This document shows, one piece after another, positions 43,394 through 55,002 of a stretch of DNA of 64,000 nt (within the stretch, counting starts at the first letter, position 1; every line of letters starts with the position of its first letter). The stretch lies in sequence record NC_019399.1. One strand, written 5' to 3'. This DNA comes from Escherichia phage vB_EcoM_ACG-C40. A program made the translations under genes and the position numbers. Below the pieces are notes generated by a model, which did not search any database, had not been told where the DNA came from, and saw nothing but the letters and a program-made list of their open reading frames with translations.

Positions 43394-43640
43394 AAAGTTC
43401 AACTACCTCTTCAGTTTCAGCTTCAAACACATCACGGTTATCTTTATGATACAAAGCTAATAGACGATTAAACATCTTACCATCAACGCCAAGTTCATCT
43501 TTGGCACGAATTCGAATATCTTTAATCAGTTCATTATAACCGGAAATTTTCAGTTTATGGTCAGATGCTTCTTTAATAAATTTAGCCAAGTCTTCGCCAT
43601 GGATAGCTTCATCAAATTCAACCATTTCTTTTTTAGCCAT
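43371..43640 (-). CDS. dsbA: double-stranded DNA-binding protein DsbA
   Basis: 89-aa ORF in the conserved position between rnh and 33. Confidence 0.75.
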   Translation of the reverse strand: MAKKEMVEFDEAIHGEDLAKFIKEASDHKLKISGYNELIKDIRIRAKDELGVDGKMFNRLLALYHKDNRDVFEAETEEVVELYDTVFSK

Positions 43641-43648
43641 TATTCACC

Positions 43649-44566
43649 TCAAAATTCATTAATGCTATTAGTTAATTTAGAAAGACCCGCTTTTACAAAA
43701 TATGAATAAATTTTGCCACGCGGTGGTAATTTATATGAATTATAGTAATTCACAATGTTTGAAGCAATATTATCAGGAATATAATCAAAATCAATTAGAA
43801 CTAAATTTTCTTTATAACGATTATACTCAGATTCTGAGAGAAGCACCTTAGCTTGCTCACGATCATTAGCAATAGCTTCAACGATTGAAGTTTTCATTGA
43901 AGGAGTCCGTTCACCTTCAACTCTGGTAAACCAAAAGTCAGAACGTACTTTAACTGAAGCAACGTTATCCTTTTTGTCACCCTTAAGAATTTTAGTCATA
44001 CAATCAATTTCAGCAGAACCGCTTTTAATTTTAACCCATTTCTTGTGCATCGGTGACCATTGCTTAACATTTGGATATTTGTGAAGTTGAGTAAAGTCAC
44101 CGTCCGATGAAATGATTAAAATCTTATGTCCTTCTAAAGAGAACTTTTTAACAAGAACAGCAATGTGGTCATCTGCTTCATACTTATCAATATCCATAAC
44201 AATGTATGGCATATAAGCTTTCAATTCATCTATAACTTTATGACTGGATTCAAAATAACCTTCCCAGTCCCAAGTAGATTCTTCTCGTGCTTTTCCACGG
44301 TTTTTCTTATAATAATAAGCGAAATCACGACGCCAGTATCCAGATTTCGCGTTATCAATACACAGTACAATTTTAGTGTATCCAAGCGTTTTTGCTTTTT
44401 TGACATTAAACTTAATTGAGTTCAATATCAAATGACGAACCATTGATAAATTAATTTTTTCTTTATCTGGGAAGTTTACCAGAGCAGTTGAAAGAGCAAT
44501 TTGACTAAAGTCAATAAAGCAAATTCCTTCTTTGTAATCTTCATCCAGCATCATTTCTAAATCCAT
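43649..44566 (-). CDS. rnh: RNase H (5'-3' exonuclease, FEN family)
   Basis: 305-aa product from MDLEMMLDEDYKEG. Confidence 0.9.
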   Translation of the reverse strand: MDLEMMLDEDYKEGICFIDFSQIALSTALVNFPDKEKINLSMVRHLILNSIKFNVKKAKTLGYTKIVLCIDNAKSGYWRRDFAYYYKKNRGKAREESTWDWEGYFESSHKVIDELKAYMPYIVMDIDKYEADDHIAVLVKKFSLEGHKILIISSDGDFTQLHKYPNVKQWSPMHKKWVKIKSGSAEIDCMTKILKGDKKDNVASVKVRSDFWFTRVEGERTPSMKTSIVEAIANDREQAKVLLSESEYNRYKENLVLIDFDYIPDNIASNIVNYYNSYKLPPRGKIYSYFVKAGLSKLTNSINEF

Positions 44567-44628
44567 ATGAACCTCGTTCAATTAGTGAGATTTCTATTAT
44601 ATACTATCTAAATCTTAAAGTAAACAGG

Positions 44629-44636
44629 TATAAATA
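44629..44636 (+). promoter_or_regulatory. late promoter TATAAATA for gene 34 (T4 oriG is placed near here)
   Basis: exact TATAAATA 35 nt upstream of gene 34 ATG. Confidence 0.65.
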
Positions 44637-44670
44637 CTTATTATTGAAAACACAATAGGAGCCCGGGAGA

Positions 44671-47600
44671 ATGGCCGAGATTAAAAGAAAGTTCAGAGCA
44701 GAAGATGGTCTGGACGCAGGTGGCGATAAAATAATCAACGTAGCTTTAGCTGATCGTACCGTAGGAACTGACGGTGTTAACGTTGATTACTTAATTCAAG
44801 AAAACACAGTTCAGCAATATGATCCAACTCGTGGATATTTAAAAGATTTTGTAATCATTTATAATAATCGTTTTTGGGCAGCAACGGATAATATTCCAAA
44901 ACCTGCTGGAAATTTTAATAGAATTCGTTGGAAAGCATTACGTACTGATGCCGTATATACAACCGTATCATCTGGACCATATCAATTAAAATCCGGAGAA
45001 GCAATTTCAGTAGATACATCAGTTGGCAATGACATTGAGTTTACTTTACCATCTTCTCCGCTTAATGGAGAAACCGTAATAATTCAAGATATCGGTGGAA
45101 AACCTGGCATAAATCAGGTTAAAATAAATTCTTCAAATCAGAGTATTGTCAATTTTAGAGGTGAACAGGTACGTTCAGTTTTAATGACTCATCCAAAGTC
45201 ACAGATGGTATTCATTTTTAATAATCGTTTGTGGCAAATGTATATTGCTGATTATAGCAGAGAAGCTGCGATTGTTACTCCATCGACTGCGTATCAAGCA
45301 CAATCTAATGATTTTATCGTACGTAGATTTACTTCTGCTGCACCAATTAATGTTAAACTTCCGAGATTTGCTAATCATGGCGATATTATTAATTTCGTTG
45401 ATTTAGATAAACTGAATCCACTTTATCATACAATTGTTACTACATACGATGAAACGACTTCAGTACAAGAAGTTGGAACTCATTCCATTGAAGGCCGTAC
45501 ATCGATTAACGGTTTCTTGATGTTTGACGATAATGAGAAATTGTGGAGATTGTTTGACGGGGATAGTAAAGCACGTTTACGCATTATAACAACTAATTCA
45601 AATATTCGTCCAAATGAAGAAGTCATGGTATTTGGCGCGAATAATAGAACAACCCAAACAATTGAACTTCAGCTTCCGACTGATATTTCTGTTGGTGATA
45701 CTGTTAAAATTTCCATGAATTACATGAGAAAAGGACAAACAGTTAAAATCAAAGCTGCTGGTGAAGATAAAATTGCTTCTTCAGTTCAATTGCTGCAATT
45801 CCCAAAACGTTCAGAATATCCGCCTGAAGCTGAATGGGTAACAGTTCAAGAATTAGTTTTTAACGGTGAAACTAATTATGTTCCAGTTTTACAACTTGCT
45901 TATATAGAAGATTCTGATGGAAAATACTGGGTTGTACAGCAAAACGTTCCAACTGTAGAAAGAGTAGACTCTTTAAATGCTTCTACTAGAGCAAGATTAG
46001 GCGTAATTGCTTTAGCTACGCAAGCTCAAGCAAATGCTGATTTAGAAAATTCTCCGCAAAAAGAATTGGCAATTACTCCAGAAACGTTAGCTAATCGTAC
46101 TGCTACAGAAACTCGCAGAGGTATCGCAAGAATAGCAACTACTGCTCAAGTAAATCAGAACACTACATTCTCTTTTGCTGATGACCTTATCATCACTCCT
46201 AAAAAGCTGAATGAAAGAACTGCTACAGAAACTCGCAGAGGTGTTGCTGAAATTGCTACGCAGCAGGAAACTAATACAGGTATCGATGATACTACAATCA
46301 TCACTCCTAAAAAGCTTCAAGCTCGTCAAGGTTCTGAATCATTATCTGGTATTGTAACTTTTGTATCTACCGCAGGAGCTACTCCAGCTTCTAGTCGTGA
46401 ATTAAATGGTACGAATGTTTATAATAAAAACACTAATAATTTAGTTGTTTCACCTAAAGCTTTGGATCAGTATAAAGCTACTCCAACGCAACAAGGCGCA
46501 GTAATTTTAGCAGTTGAAAGTGAAGTAATTGCTGGACAAAGCCAAGAAGGATGGGCAAATGCGGTTGTAACGCCAGAAACGTTACATAAAAAGACATCAA
46601 CTGATGGAAGAATTGGTTTAATTGAAATTGCTACGCAAAGTGAAGTTAATACAGGAACTGACTATACTCGTGCAGTCACTCCTAAAACTTTAAATGACCG
46701 TAGAGCAACTGAAAGTTTAAGTGGTATAGCTGAAATTGCTACGCAAGTTGAATTCGACGCAGGCGTCGACGATACTCGTATCTCTACACCATTAAAAATT
46801 AAAACCAGATTTAATAGTACTGATCGTACTTCTGTTGTTGCTCTATCTGGATTAGTTGAATCAGGAACTCTCTGGGACCATTATACCCTTAATATTCTTG
46901 AAGCAAATGAGACACAGCGTGGTACACTTCGTGTAGCTACACAAGTTGAAGCTGCTGCAGGAACATTAGATAATGTTTTAATAACTCCTAAAAAGCTTTT
47001 AGGTACTAAATCTACCGAATCGCAAGAAGGTGTTATTAAAGTTGCAACTCAGTCTGAAACTGTGACTGGAACGTCAGCAAATACTGCTGTATCTCCAAAA
47101 AATTTAAAATGGATTGTGCAGAGTGAACCTACTTGGGCAGCTACTACTGCGATAAGAGGTTTTGTTAAAACTTCATCTGGTTCAATTACATTCGTTGGTA
47201 ATGATACAGTCGGTTCTACACAAGATTTAGAACTGTATGAGAAAAATAGCTATGCAGTATCACCATATGAATTAAACCGTGTATTAGCAAATTATCTGCC
47301 GTTAAAAGCAAAAGCTGTAGATAGTAATTTATTGGATGGTCTAGATTCATCTCAGTTCATTCGTAGGGATATTGCACAGACGGTTAATGGTTCACTAACC
47401 TTAACCCAACAAACGAATCTGAGTGCCCCTCTTGTATCATCTAGTACTGCTACGTTTGGTGGTTCAGTTTCGGCAAATAGTGTACTAACTATTTCTAATA
47501 CTGGAACAGAAACTCATCTGATTTTTGAGAAAGGACCTCAAACTGGAACTAACCAAGCACAGACGGTGACTATTAGAGTGTGGGGTAATCAATTTAGTGG

Positions 47601-48540
47601 GGAATCAGATACAACACGTTCTACTGTATTTGAAGTTGGTGATGAAACGTCTAATCACTTTTATTCTCAGCGCAATAAAGCTGGAAATATAACATTTAAT
47701 ATCAACGGTACAGTAACACCTATAAATGTTAATGCTTCAGGAACATTGAATGCAAATGGTGTAGCAACATTTGGTAATTCAGTCACTGCAACTGGTGAAA
47801 TTATTTCTCGAAGCGCAAATGCTTTCCGTTCTATTAACGGAAATTATGGTTTCATTGTTCGCAATGATGGATCAGTAACGAATTTTATGCTTACTGCATC
47901 GGGTGATCAGACTGGCGGATTTAATGGATTGCGTCCTTTAGCTATTAATAATGCATCTGGCCAAGTAACGATTGGTGAAAGCTTAATCATTGTCAAAGGT
48001 GCTACTATAACTTCAGGTGGTTTAACTGTTAACTCGAGAATTCGTTCTCAGGGTACTAAAACATCTGACTTATATACCCGTGCGCCAACATCTGATACTG
48101 TAGGATTCTGGTCAATCGATATTAACGATTCAGCCACTTATAACCAGTTCCCGGGTTATTTTAAAATGGTTGAAAAAACTAATGAAGTGACTGGACTTCC
48201 ATACTTAGAACGTGGCGAAGAAGTTAAATCTCCTGGTACATTGACTCAGTTTGGTAATACACTTGATTCGCTTTACCAAGATTGGATTACTTATCCAACG
48301 ACCCCAGAAGCGCGCACCACTCGCTGGACACGTACATGGCAGAAAACCAAAAACTATTGGTCAAGTTTTGTTCAGGTATTTGACGGAGGTAACCCTCCTC
48401 AACCATCTGACATCGGTGCTTTACCATCTGATAATGCTATAATGGGTAATCTTACTATTCGCGATTTCTTACGAATTGGTAATGTTCGCATTATTCCTGA
48501 CCCAGTGAATAAAACTGTTAAATTTGAATGGGTTGAATAA
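44671..48540 (+). CDS. 34: long tail fibre proximal subunit gp34
   Basis: 1289-aa ORF. Confidence 0.9.
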   Translation: MAEIKRKFRAEDGLDAGGDKIINVALADRTVGTDGVNVDYLIQENTVQQYDPTRGYLKDFVIIYNNRFWAATDNIPKPAGNFNRIRWKALRTDAVYTTVSSGPYQLKSGEAISVDTSVGNDIEFTLPSSPLNGETVIIQDIGGKPGINQVKINSSNQSIVNFRGEQVRSVLMTHPKSQMVFIFNNRLWQMYIADYSREAAIVTPSTAYQAQSNDFIVRRFTSAAPINVKLPRFANHGDIINFVDLDKLNPLYHTIVTTYDETTSVQEVGTHSIEGRTSINGFLMFDDNEKLWRLFDGDSKARLRIITTNSNIRPNEEVMVFGANNRTTQTIELQLPTDISVGDTVKISMNYMRKGQTVKIKAAGEDKIASSVQLLQFPKRSEYPPEAEWVTVQELVFNGETNYVPVLQLAYIEDSDGKYWVVQQNVPTVERVDSLNASTRARLGVIALATQAQANADLENSPQKELAITPETLANRTATETRRGIARIATTAQVNQNTTFSFADDLIITPKKLNERTATETRRGVAEIATQQETNTGIDDTTIITPKKLQARQGSESLSGIVTFVSTAGATPASSRELNGTNVYNKNTNNLVVSPKALDQYKATPTQQGAVILAVESEVIAGQSQEGWANAVVTPETLHKKTSTDGRIGLIEIATQSEVNTGTDYTRAVTPKTLNDRRATESLSGIAEIATQVEFDAGVDDTRISTPLKIKTRFNSTDRTSVVALSGLVESGTLWDHYTLNILEANETQRGTLRVATQVEAAAGTLDNVLITPKKLLGTKSTESQEGVIKVATQSETVTGTSANTAVSPKNLKWIVQSEPTWAATTAIRGFVKTSSGSITFVGNDTVGSTQDLELYEKNSYAVSPYELNRVLANYLPLKAKAVDSNLLDGLDSSQFIRRDIAQTVNGSLTLTQQTNLSAPLVSSSTATFGGSVSANSVLTISNTGTETHLIFEKGPQTGTNQAQTVTIRVWGNQFSGESDTTRSTVFEVGDETSNHFYSQRNKAGNITFNINGTVTPINVNASGTLNANGVATFGNSVTATGEIISRSANAFRSINGNYGFIVRNDGSVTNFMLTASGDQTGGFNGLRPLAINNASGQVTIGESLIIVKGATITSGGLTVNSRIRSQGTKTSDLYTRAPTSDTVGFWSIDINDSATYNQFPGYFKMVEKTNEVTGLPYLERGEEVKSPGTLTQFGNTLDSLYQDWITYPTTPEARTTRWTRTWQKTKNYWSSFVQVFDGGNPPQPSDIGALPSDNAIMGNLTIRDFLRIGNVRIIPDPVNKTVKFEWVE

Positions 48541-48548
48541 GAGGTATT

Positions 48549-49664
48549 ATGGAAAAATTTATGGCAGAGTTTGGACAAGGATATGTCCAAACGCCATTTT
48601 TATCGGAAAGTAATTCAGTAAGATACAAAATAAGTATAGCGGGTTCTTGCCCGCTTTCTACTGCAGGACCATACGTTAAATTTCAGGATAATCCTGTAGG
48701 AAGTCAAACATTTAGCGCAGGCCTTCATTTAAGAGTTTTTGACCCTTCTACGGGAGCATTAGTTGATAGTAAGTCATATGCTTTTTCTGCTTCAAACAAT
48801 ACAACATCTGCCGCTTTTGTCAGTTTCATGAATTCTTTGTCAAACAATAGACTTGTTGCTATATTAACTAGCGGAAAGGTTAATTTTCCTCCTGAAGTGG
48901 TATCTTGGTTAAGGGGAGCAGGAACTTCAGTTTTTCCATCAGATTCAGTATTGTCAAGATTTGACGTGTCATATGCTGCTTTTTATACTTCTTCTAAAAG
49001 AGCTATTGCATTAGAGCATGTTAAACTAAGTAATAGAAAAAGCACAGATGATTATCAAACTATTTTAGATGTTGTATTTGATAGTTTAGAAGACGTCGGA
49101 GCTACAGGATTTCCTAAAAGAACATACGAAAGCGTTGAGCAATTTATGTCTGCGGTTGGAGGAACTAATAATGAAATTGCGCGATTGCCAACTTCAGCTG
49201 CTATAAGTAAACTTTCTGACTATAATTTAATTCCTGGTGATGTTCTTTATCTTAAAGCACAACTATATGCTGATGCTGATTTACTTGATCTTGGAACTAC
49301 AAATATATCTATTCGTTTTTATGATGCATCAAATGGATATATTTCCTCGACCCAAGCTGAGTTTACTGGGCAAGCTGGGTCTTGGGAATTAAAAGAAGAT
49401 TATGTAGTTGTTCCTGAAAATGCAGTAGGATTTACGATATATGCACAAAGAACTGCTCAAGCAGGTCAAGGCGGCATGAGAAATTTAAGTTTTTCTGAAG
49501 TATCAAGAAATGGCGGCATTTCAAAACCTGCCGAATTTGGCGTCAACGGTATTCGCGTTAATTATGTCTGTGAATCGGCTTCACCTCCAGATATAATGGT
49601 ACTTCCTACACAAGCCTCTTCTAAAACTGGCAAAGTGTTTGGACAGGAATTTAGAGAAGTTTAA
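48549..49664 (+). CDS. 35: long tail fibre hinge protein gp35
   Basis: 371-aa ORF. Confidence 0.85.
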   Translation: MEKFMAEFGQGYVQTPFLSESNSVRYKISIAGSCPLSTAGPYVKFQDNPVGSQTFSAGLHLRVFDPSTGALVDSKSYAFSASNNTTSAAFVSFMNSLSNNRLVAILTSGKVNFPPEVVSWLRGAGTSVFPSDSVLSRFDVSYAAFYTSSKRAIALEHVKLSNRKSTDDYQTILDVVFDSLEDVGATGFPKRTYESVEQFMSAVGGTNNEIARLPTSAAISKLSDYNLIPGDVLYLKAQLYADADLLDLGTTNISIRFYDASNGYISSTQAEFTGQAGSWELKEDYVVVPENAVGFTIYAQRTAQAGQGGMRNLSFSEVSRNGGISKPAEFGVNGIRVNYVCESASPPDIMVLPTQASSKTGKVFGQEFREV

Positions 49665-49667
49665 ACT

Positions 49668-49693
49668 GAGGGAGCCTTCGGGTTCCCTTTTTC
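49668..49693 (+). terminator. hairpin terminator after gene 35
   Basis: gagggagcc-ttcg-ggttccc + TTTTTC. Confidence 0.6.
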
Positions 49694-49695
49694 TT

Positions 49696-49703
49696 TATAA
49701 ATA
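49696..49703 (+). promoter_or_regulatory. late promoter TATAAATA for gene 36
   Basis: exact TATAAATA upstream of ATG 49727. Confidence 0.65.
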
Positions 49704-49726
49704 ATATTAAAATAAAGGGGCATATA

Positions 49727-50377
49727 ATGGCTGATTTAAAAGTAGGTTCAACTGTGGGTGGATCTGTCATTTGGCATCAAGGAAATTTTCCATTGAATTC
49801 AGCCGGTGACGATGTACTCTACAAATCATTTAAAATATATTCAGAATATAATAAACCGCAGGCAGCTGATAACGATTTCGTTTCTAAAGCTAATGGTGGT
49901 ACTTACGCCGGTCCAATTACTATTAATTACGGGGTAAATAGTTATCTTCAATTAAGTAATAATGAAACCCCTATCCGAATTCGTTCTGGTGGCGGCACTG
50001 GTAATACTCTTGTAGTTGGTGGCTCTTCTGGCGGTATTAGTTTTAGACCAGCAGGTAGTGAAATCACTACTGGACAAATTACTATTACGCCAGAAGGTTT
50101 GACAACATTTACCAAAGCTGTAACGGCTCCATCTGTAACTGTTACATCTACTCCTTCCGCAGCATCTGATGTTACTCGTAAAGATTATGTTGATGGAGCA
50201 ATAAATACTGTTACAGCAAATGCAAACTCTAGGGTATTACGCTCTGGAGACACTATGACAGGAAATTTAACTGCGCCAAACCTTTTTTCACAGAATCCTG
50301 CATCTCAACCTTCACACGTTCCACGATTTGACCAAATCGTAATTAAGGATTCTGTTCAAGATTTCGGCTATTATTAA
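49727..50377 (+). CDS. 36: long tail fibre distal connector gp36
   Basis: 216-aa ORF. Confidence 0.85.
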   Translation: MADLKVGSTVGGSVIWHQGNFPLNSAGDDVLYKSFKIYSEYNKPQAADNDFVSKANGGTYAGPITINYGVNSYLQLSNNETPIRIRSGGGTGNTLVVGGSSGGISFRPAGSEITTGQITITPEGLTTFTKAVTAPSVTVTSTPSAASDVTRKDYVDGAINTVTANANSRVLRSGDTMTGNLTAPNLFSQNPASQPSHVPRFDQIVIKDSVQDFGYY

Positions 50378-50385
50378 GAGGACTT

Positions 50386-53300
50386 ATGGCTACTTTAAAA
50401 CAAATACAATTTAAAAGAAGCAAAACTGCAGGTCAACGTCCTGCTGCTTCAGTATTAGCCGAAGGTGAATTGGCTATAAACTTAAAAGATAAAACAATTT
50501 TCACAAAAGATGACTCAGGTAGTGTTATAGAATTAGGTTTAAAATATGGAGGAACTATAAATGGGTCTTTAGAGGTTACAGAAAATATAACTGGAACTTT
50601 AATTGGAAATTCTAGCACAGCTACTAAATTGCAAACACCTAGGAAAATTAATGGTATATCTTTTGATGGGTCAAAGGACATTACCTTAACTCCATCTGAC
50701 ATAAATGTCAATAGCACAACATTTATAAAAAATAATGGCGAATTACCTACTGATGCTAATTTAGATACGTATGGGCCCATTGAAGAATATCTTGGTGTTT
50801 GGTCGAAATCTACTTCAACAAATGCGCAACCAGCAAATAAATTCCCAGAAGAAAATGCCGTAGGTGTACTAGAAGTATTTGTGGCCGGCCAATTTGCTGG
50901 CACTCAGCGTTATACTGTAAGATCTGGTAACGTCTATATTCGTTCCTTATCTGCTAAATGGAATGGCGTCGATGGTCCATGGGGTGTGTGGCGTAATGTT
51001 CAAGCGTCAACTCGTCCACTTTCACAAACGATTGACCTTGATAGCTTGGGAGAATTAGAACATTGTGGCTTATGGAGAAACAGTTCAAGCGCAATCGCAT
51101 CATTTGATCGCCATTATCCAGAAGAAGGATCAGCCGCACAAGGATTTTTAGAAATATTTGAAGGTGGTTTATACACAAGAACGCAGCGTTATACTACCCG
51201 CATGGGTATGGTTTATACTCGTTGTCTCGCTGCTGCATGGGATGCTAGTGCACCTAAGTGGGAGGAATGGAAGCAGGTTGGTCATGGCACACCAGCGACT
51301 TTCTATGATGGAGATCTGAATGATTTTAAAACTCCTGGGTTATATAACATTTTAGGCACTGATGCCGTTATTAACTGTCCTACTGGTGAAGGTTTACCAG
51401 CCGTTATTGTTGGTTTGCTGGAAGTTAAACAGCGTGCTTCTGGTGGTGCTATTTTCCAAAAATTTACTACTGCCGGAACGGGTGCAACTACTCGCGATCG
51501 TATTTTTGAGCGTGCATATACTGGTGGTGCGTGGGGTGCATGGAACGAAGTATATACATCTTATTCTCTTCCAATTACTTTGGGTATGGGTGGTATTAAA
51601 GCTCAATTAGCGGAGTTAGATTGGCAAACCTTTGATTTTGTTCCTGGTAGTATGTTTAGCGTTCCTTTGAACAAAATAAAGAACATGCCAGCAAATATGG
51701 ATTGGGGGACGATTGACGGAAACCTGGTTATGTTTTCCGTTGGTCCTAGTGAACACACTAGCACAGGGCGTACTGTTCAGGTTTGGCGCGGTACTGTATC
51801 CCAGACAAACTACCGTTATTTTGTCGTTCGTGTGTTCGGTAATTCTGGAAATAGAACTTGCACAGTCCGCCGTGTTGTTCTTGAAGATGGTCGCCACACA
51901 TGGACAGATCAACAAGATTTTAATGGTGCTGTTAACTTCGGTGCTCCTACCAATTTTAACTCTACTGTTAACCTTAATAACACTACCACATTTAAAACAG
52001 AAGTTAAATTCCGCTCATCTAATGCATTCCGTATGTATAGCGGAAAATTTGGTACAATTTTCCGTAATGATGGAGAGAGTCTTTATATTCTTTCCACCGA
52101 CGAAAATGATCAAGATGGAAACTTTAATACAAATAGACCTTTCCGTTATGAATTAAGAACTGGTGATGTTACTTTGGGTGGTACTAGTGGTGCTAACGTT
52201 TTAAAATTAAAACGCGATTCTCTCACCGCATTTTTTGGTGGTGATATTAATATAAAAGGCTTGATGACTTTTGATGCCGGACGTTTAGGATCACGAGATT
52301 ATTTTAAATTTAACCATTGGGGTGATAGTAATAATGCGCGCGATAACATTATTCAGTTAGAAGACAGCAAAGGCGTTCATTTTTCCACTGAACGTACTTT
52401 AGCGACTGGTGCAATTAAAACTCGTTTCTTTGGCGAAACATTCACTGATGGTACATTATACCTAAATCAGATGAATAATAGCTCTGAACGATTCCATATC
52501 AATAATTGGGGAAATTCAGAAGTTGGTCGCGCGGCAGTGATGGAAATCGGTGATTCCAAAGGTTATCACTTCTATACTGAACGCAGGACAGATAACAGTT
52601 TGGCGTTTGATGTTGCTGGCGCTTTTACTGTGCATGGACCTAACGGAATAACCATCAAAAACTCAGCGGGTGCACGCCATATCTGGTTTAAAGATGATAG
52701 CGATACAGAAAAGGCTGTTATTTGGGCGACCGATGATGGCATGTTACATATACGAAATAATAACGAGGGTTCATTTAGTCATCACTTCCAGGGCGCAATG
52801 ATTAGACTGGAAGGGCGTGTTCCTTATGGTGCAGCAAAGGGGCTTCTCCGTGGTGAAGTTGATGGTGGTGCATATGTTGCATGGAGAGACCGCCCTGCTG
52901 GTTTGTTGGTTGACTGCCAGAAAAGTATTGACAGTGCTCATGCTGTTTGGAAAGCGGTTGATTGGGGGCGTCAATATATCGCTGCGATGGACGTTCATTG
53001 TCCGGGTGATGGTAATAATACCGCAGCCGCTGTTCTTCATGTTCAGGCTGCTGATTATCAATTCCACGCAAGCGGAGAATTTCATGCCACTGGTAACGGA
53101 AACTTTAACGATGTGTATATTCGTTCTGATCGTCGTCTTAAAGACAATATAGAAGATTATACCGGAAATGCGTTAAGTTTGATTGGTAAGCTGAAAGTGA
53201 AAACTTACGATAAAGTTAAATCTCTTAAGGACCGTGAAATTATCGGTCATGAGATTGGCATTATCGCACAGGATTTACAAGAAATATTACCGGAAGCTGT

Positions 53301-53478
53301 GAAATCTTCAAAAGTTGGCAATCTTGATAATCCAGACGATGTTCTGACAATTTCTAACTCGGCAGTGAATGCTCTTTTAATTAAGGCTATTCAGGAAATG
53401 AGTGAAGAAATTAAAGAATTGAAAACTCCTTTCTTTACTAAAATTGCTCGCAAAATTAGTAAATATTTTAAATTCTAA
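50386..53478 (+). CDS. 37: long tail fibre distal subunit gp37 with C-terminal chaperone-like domain
   Basis: 1030-aa ORF; C-terminus ...[12 protein letters not shown]...IAQDLQEIL... resembles intramolecular chaperone/autoprocessing domains. Confidence 0.85.
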   Translation: MATLKQIQFKRSKTAGQRPAASVLAEGELAINLKDKTIFTKDDSGSVIELGLKYGGTINGSLEVTENITGTLIGNSSTATKLQTPRKINGISFDGSKDITLTPSDINVNSTTFIKNNGELPTDANLDTYGPIEEYLGVWSKSTSTNAQPANKFPEENAVGVLEVFVAGQFAGTQRYTVRSGNVYIRSLSAKWNGVDGPWGVWRNVQASTRPLSQTIDLDSLGELEHCGLWRNSSSAIASFDRHYPEEGSAAQGFLEIFEGGLYTRTQRYTTRMGMVYTRCLAAAWDASAPKWEEWKQVGHGTPATFYDGDLNDFKTPGLYNILGTDAVINCPTGEGLPAVIVGLLEVKQRASGGAIFQKFTTAGTGATTRDRIFERAYTGGAWGAWNEVYTSYSLPITLGMGGIKAQLAELDWQTFDFVPGSMFSVPLNKIKNMPANMDWGTIDGNLVMFSVGPSEHTSTGRTVQVWRGTVSQTNYRYFVVRVFGNSGNRTCTVRRVVLEDGRHTWTDQQDFNGAVNFGAPTNFNSTVNLNNTTTFKTEVKFRSSNAFRMYSGKFGTIFRNDGESLYILSTDENDQDGNFNTNRPFRYELRTGDVTLGGTSGANVLKLKRDSLTAFFGGDINIKGLMTFDAGRLGSRDYFKFNHWGDSNNARDNIIQLEDSKGVHFSTERTLATGAIKTRFFGETFTDGTLYLNQMNNSSERFHINNWGNSEVGRAAVMEIGDSKGYHFYTERRTDNSLAFDVAGAFTVHGPNGITIKNSAGARHIWFKDDSDTEKAVIWATDDGMLHIRNNNEGSFSHHFQGAMIRLEGRVPYGAAKGLLRGEVDGGAYVAWRDRPAGLLVDCQKSIDSAHAVWKAVDWGRQYIAAMDVHCPGDGNNTAAAVLHVQAADYQFHASGEFHATGNGNFNDVYIRSDRRLKDNIEDYTGNALSLIGKLKVKTYDKVKSLKDREIIGHEIGIIAQDLQEILPEAVKSSKVGNLDNPDDVLTISNSAVNALLIKAIQEMSEEIKELKTPFFTKIARKISKYFKF

Positions 53479-53482
53479 CAAC

Positions 53483-53502
53483 AAGGGGGAAATGCCCCCT
53501 TT
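53483..53502 (+). terminator. hairpin after gene 37
   Basis: aaggggg-aaat-gcccccttt. Confidence 0.5.
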
Positions 53503-53514
53503 GGAGTATAAATT

Positions 53515-54315
53515 ATGGCAGTAGTTGGTGTTCCTGGTTGGATTGGAAGTTCAGCCGCAAATGAAACAGGACAGCGCTGGATGAGTCAAGCGGCTGGTCA
53601 ATTAAGATTGGGTGTTCCTTGCTGGATGAGTCAATTTGCAGGTCGCTCACGAGAAATTATTCACACGCTTGGAGCAGACCATAACTTCAATGGTCAATGG
53701 TTCCGAGATAGATGTTTTGAGGCAGGTAGTGCACCTATAGTATTTAATATTACAGGTGATTTAGTATCATATTCTAAAGATGTACCGCTTTTCTTTATGT
53801 ATGGTGACACTCCTAACGAATACGTTGTCCTTAATATTCATGGTGGTGTCCATATGTGGGGTCGAGGTGGTAATGGTGGATACACTCACTCAGGTGGAGA
53901 TGGTAACGGTACACAAGGCGGTCATGTTATTCAAAATGATATCGGTGGACGGCTTCGTATTTGGAACTACGGTGTTATAGCTGCTGGCGGTGGTGGCGGT
54001 GGTGGTATTGCATATCGTCCACACTCAGGGGCAAACTGGCAAGATATCGGTGGCGGTGGCGGTCGACCTTTCGGTGGTGCAGGTGGTGGTGGTTATTCCG
54101 GTGGCGCTGCTTCTTATGAAGGTCCGGGTGGTGGTTATGACTATGGTAACGCACACTCCGGCGCAGGTGGTAATGCTGGTGCTGCTGGTCAGAATGCATG
54201 GTCTGACGGCGGTAAAGTTCTTAAAGTTGGTGTTGGTGGTGCGTCTGGTCATGCAGTGTTTGGGTCTTCTCCAACTTGGGGTGCTGTTGGAACAATTTAC
54301 GGACCAAGAGTATAA
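53515..54315 (+). CDS. 38: tail fibre adhesin gp38, T2/T6-type with glycine-rich motifs
   Basis: 266-aa ORF with multiple poly-Gly islands ([21 protein letters not shown]) separated by variable segments. Confidence 0.8.
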   Translation: MAVVGVPGWIGSSAANETGQRWMSQAAGQLRLGVPCWMSQFAGRSREIIHTLGADHNFNGQWFRDRCFEAGSAPIVFNITGDLVSYSKDVPLFFMYGDTPNEYVVLNIHGGVHMWGRGGNGGYTHSGGDGNGTQGGHVIQNDIGGRLRIWNYGVIAAGGGGGGGIAYRPHSGANWQDIGGGGGRPFGGAGGGGYSGGAASYEGPGGGYDYGNAHSGAGGNAGAAGQNAWSDGGKVLKVGVGGASGHAVFGSSPTWGAVGTIYGPRV

Positions 54316-54345
54316 TTTGAATAAATATCCTTAAAAGGAGGGTCT

Positions 54346-55002
54346 ATGGCAGCACCTAGAATATCATTTTCGCCCTCTGATATTCTATTTGGTGTTCTAG
54401 ATCGCTTGTTCAAAGATAATGCTACCGGGAAAGTTCTTGCTTCCCGGGTAGCTGTTGTAATTCTTTTGTTTATAATGGCGATTGTTTGGTATAGGGGAGA
54501 TAGTTTCTTTGAGTACTATAAGCAATCAAAGTATGAAACATACAGCGAAATTATTGAAAAGGAAAGAAATGCACGCTTTGAATCTGTCGCCCTGGAACAA
54601 CTCCAGATAGTTCATATATCATCTGAGGCAGACTTTAGTGCGGTATATTCTTTCCGCCCTAAAAACTTAAACTATTTTGTTGATATTATAGCATACGAAG
54701 GAAAATTACCTTCAACAATAAGCGAAAAATCACTTGGAGGATATCCTGTTGATAAAACTATGGATGAATATGCAGTTCATTTAAATGGACGTCATTATTA
54801 TTCCGACTCAAAATTTGCTTTTTTACCAACTAAAAAGCCTACTCCCGAAATAAACTACATGTACAGTTGTCCATATTTTAATTTGGATAATATCTATGCT
54901 GGAACGATAACCATGTACTGGTATAGAAATGATCATATAAGTAATGACCGCCTTGAATCAATATGTGCTCAGGCGGCCAGAATATTAGGAAGGGCTAAAT
55001 AA
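54346..55002 (+). CDS. t: holin T
   Basis: 218-aa ORF, one N-proximal TMD and large periplasmic domain. Confidence 0.9.
   Translation: MAAPRISFSPSDILFGVLDRLFKDNATGKVLASRVAVVILLFIMAIVWYRGDSFFEYYKQSKYETYSEIIEKERNARFESVALEQLQIVHISSEADFSAVYSFRPKNLNYFVDIIAYEGKLPSTISEKSLGGYPVDKTMDEYAVHLNGRHYYSDSKFAFLPTKKPTPEINYMYSCPYFNLDNIYAGTITMYWYRNDHISNDRLESICAQAARILGRAK

Noticed and set aside
51362-53152. Several small ORFs on both strands within gene 37
   Set aside because: All lie inside the continuous 1030-aa gp37 frame and lack start context.
53780-54334. Alternative-frame ORFs in gene 38 (His-rich and Val-rich translations)
   Set aside because: Artefacts of the GGN-rich poly-Gly coding repeats read in other frames or on the opposite strand.
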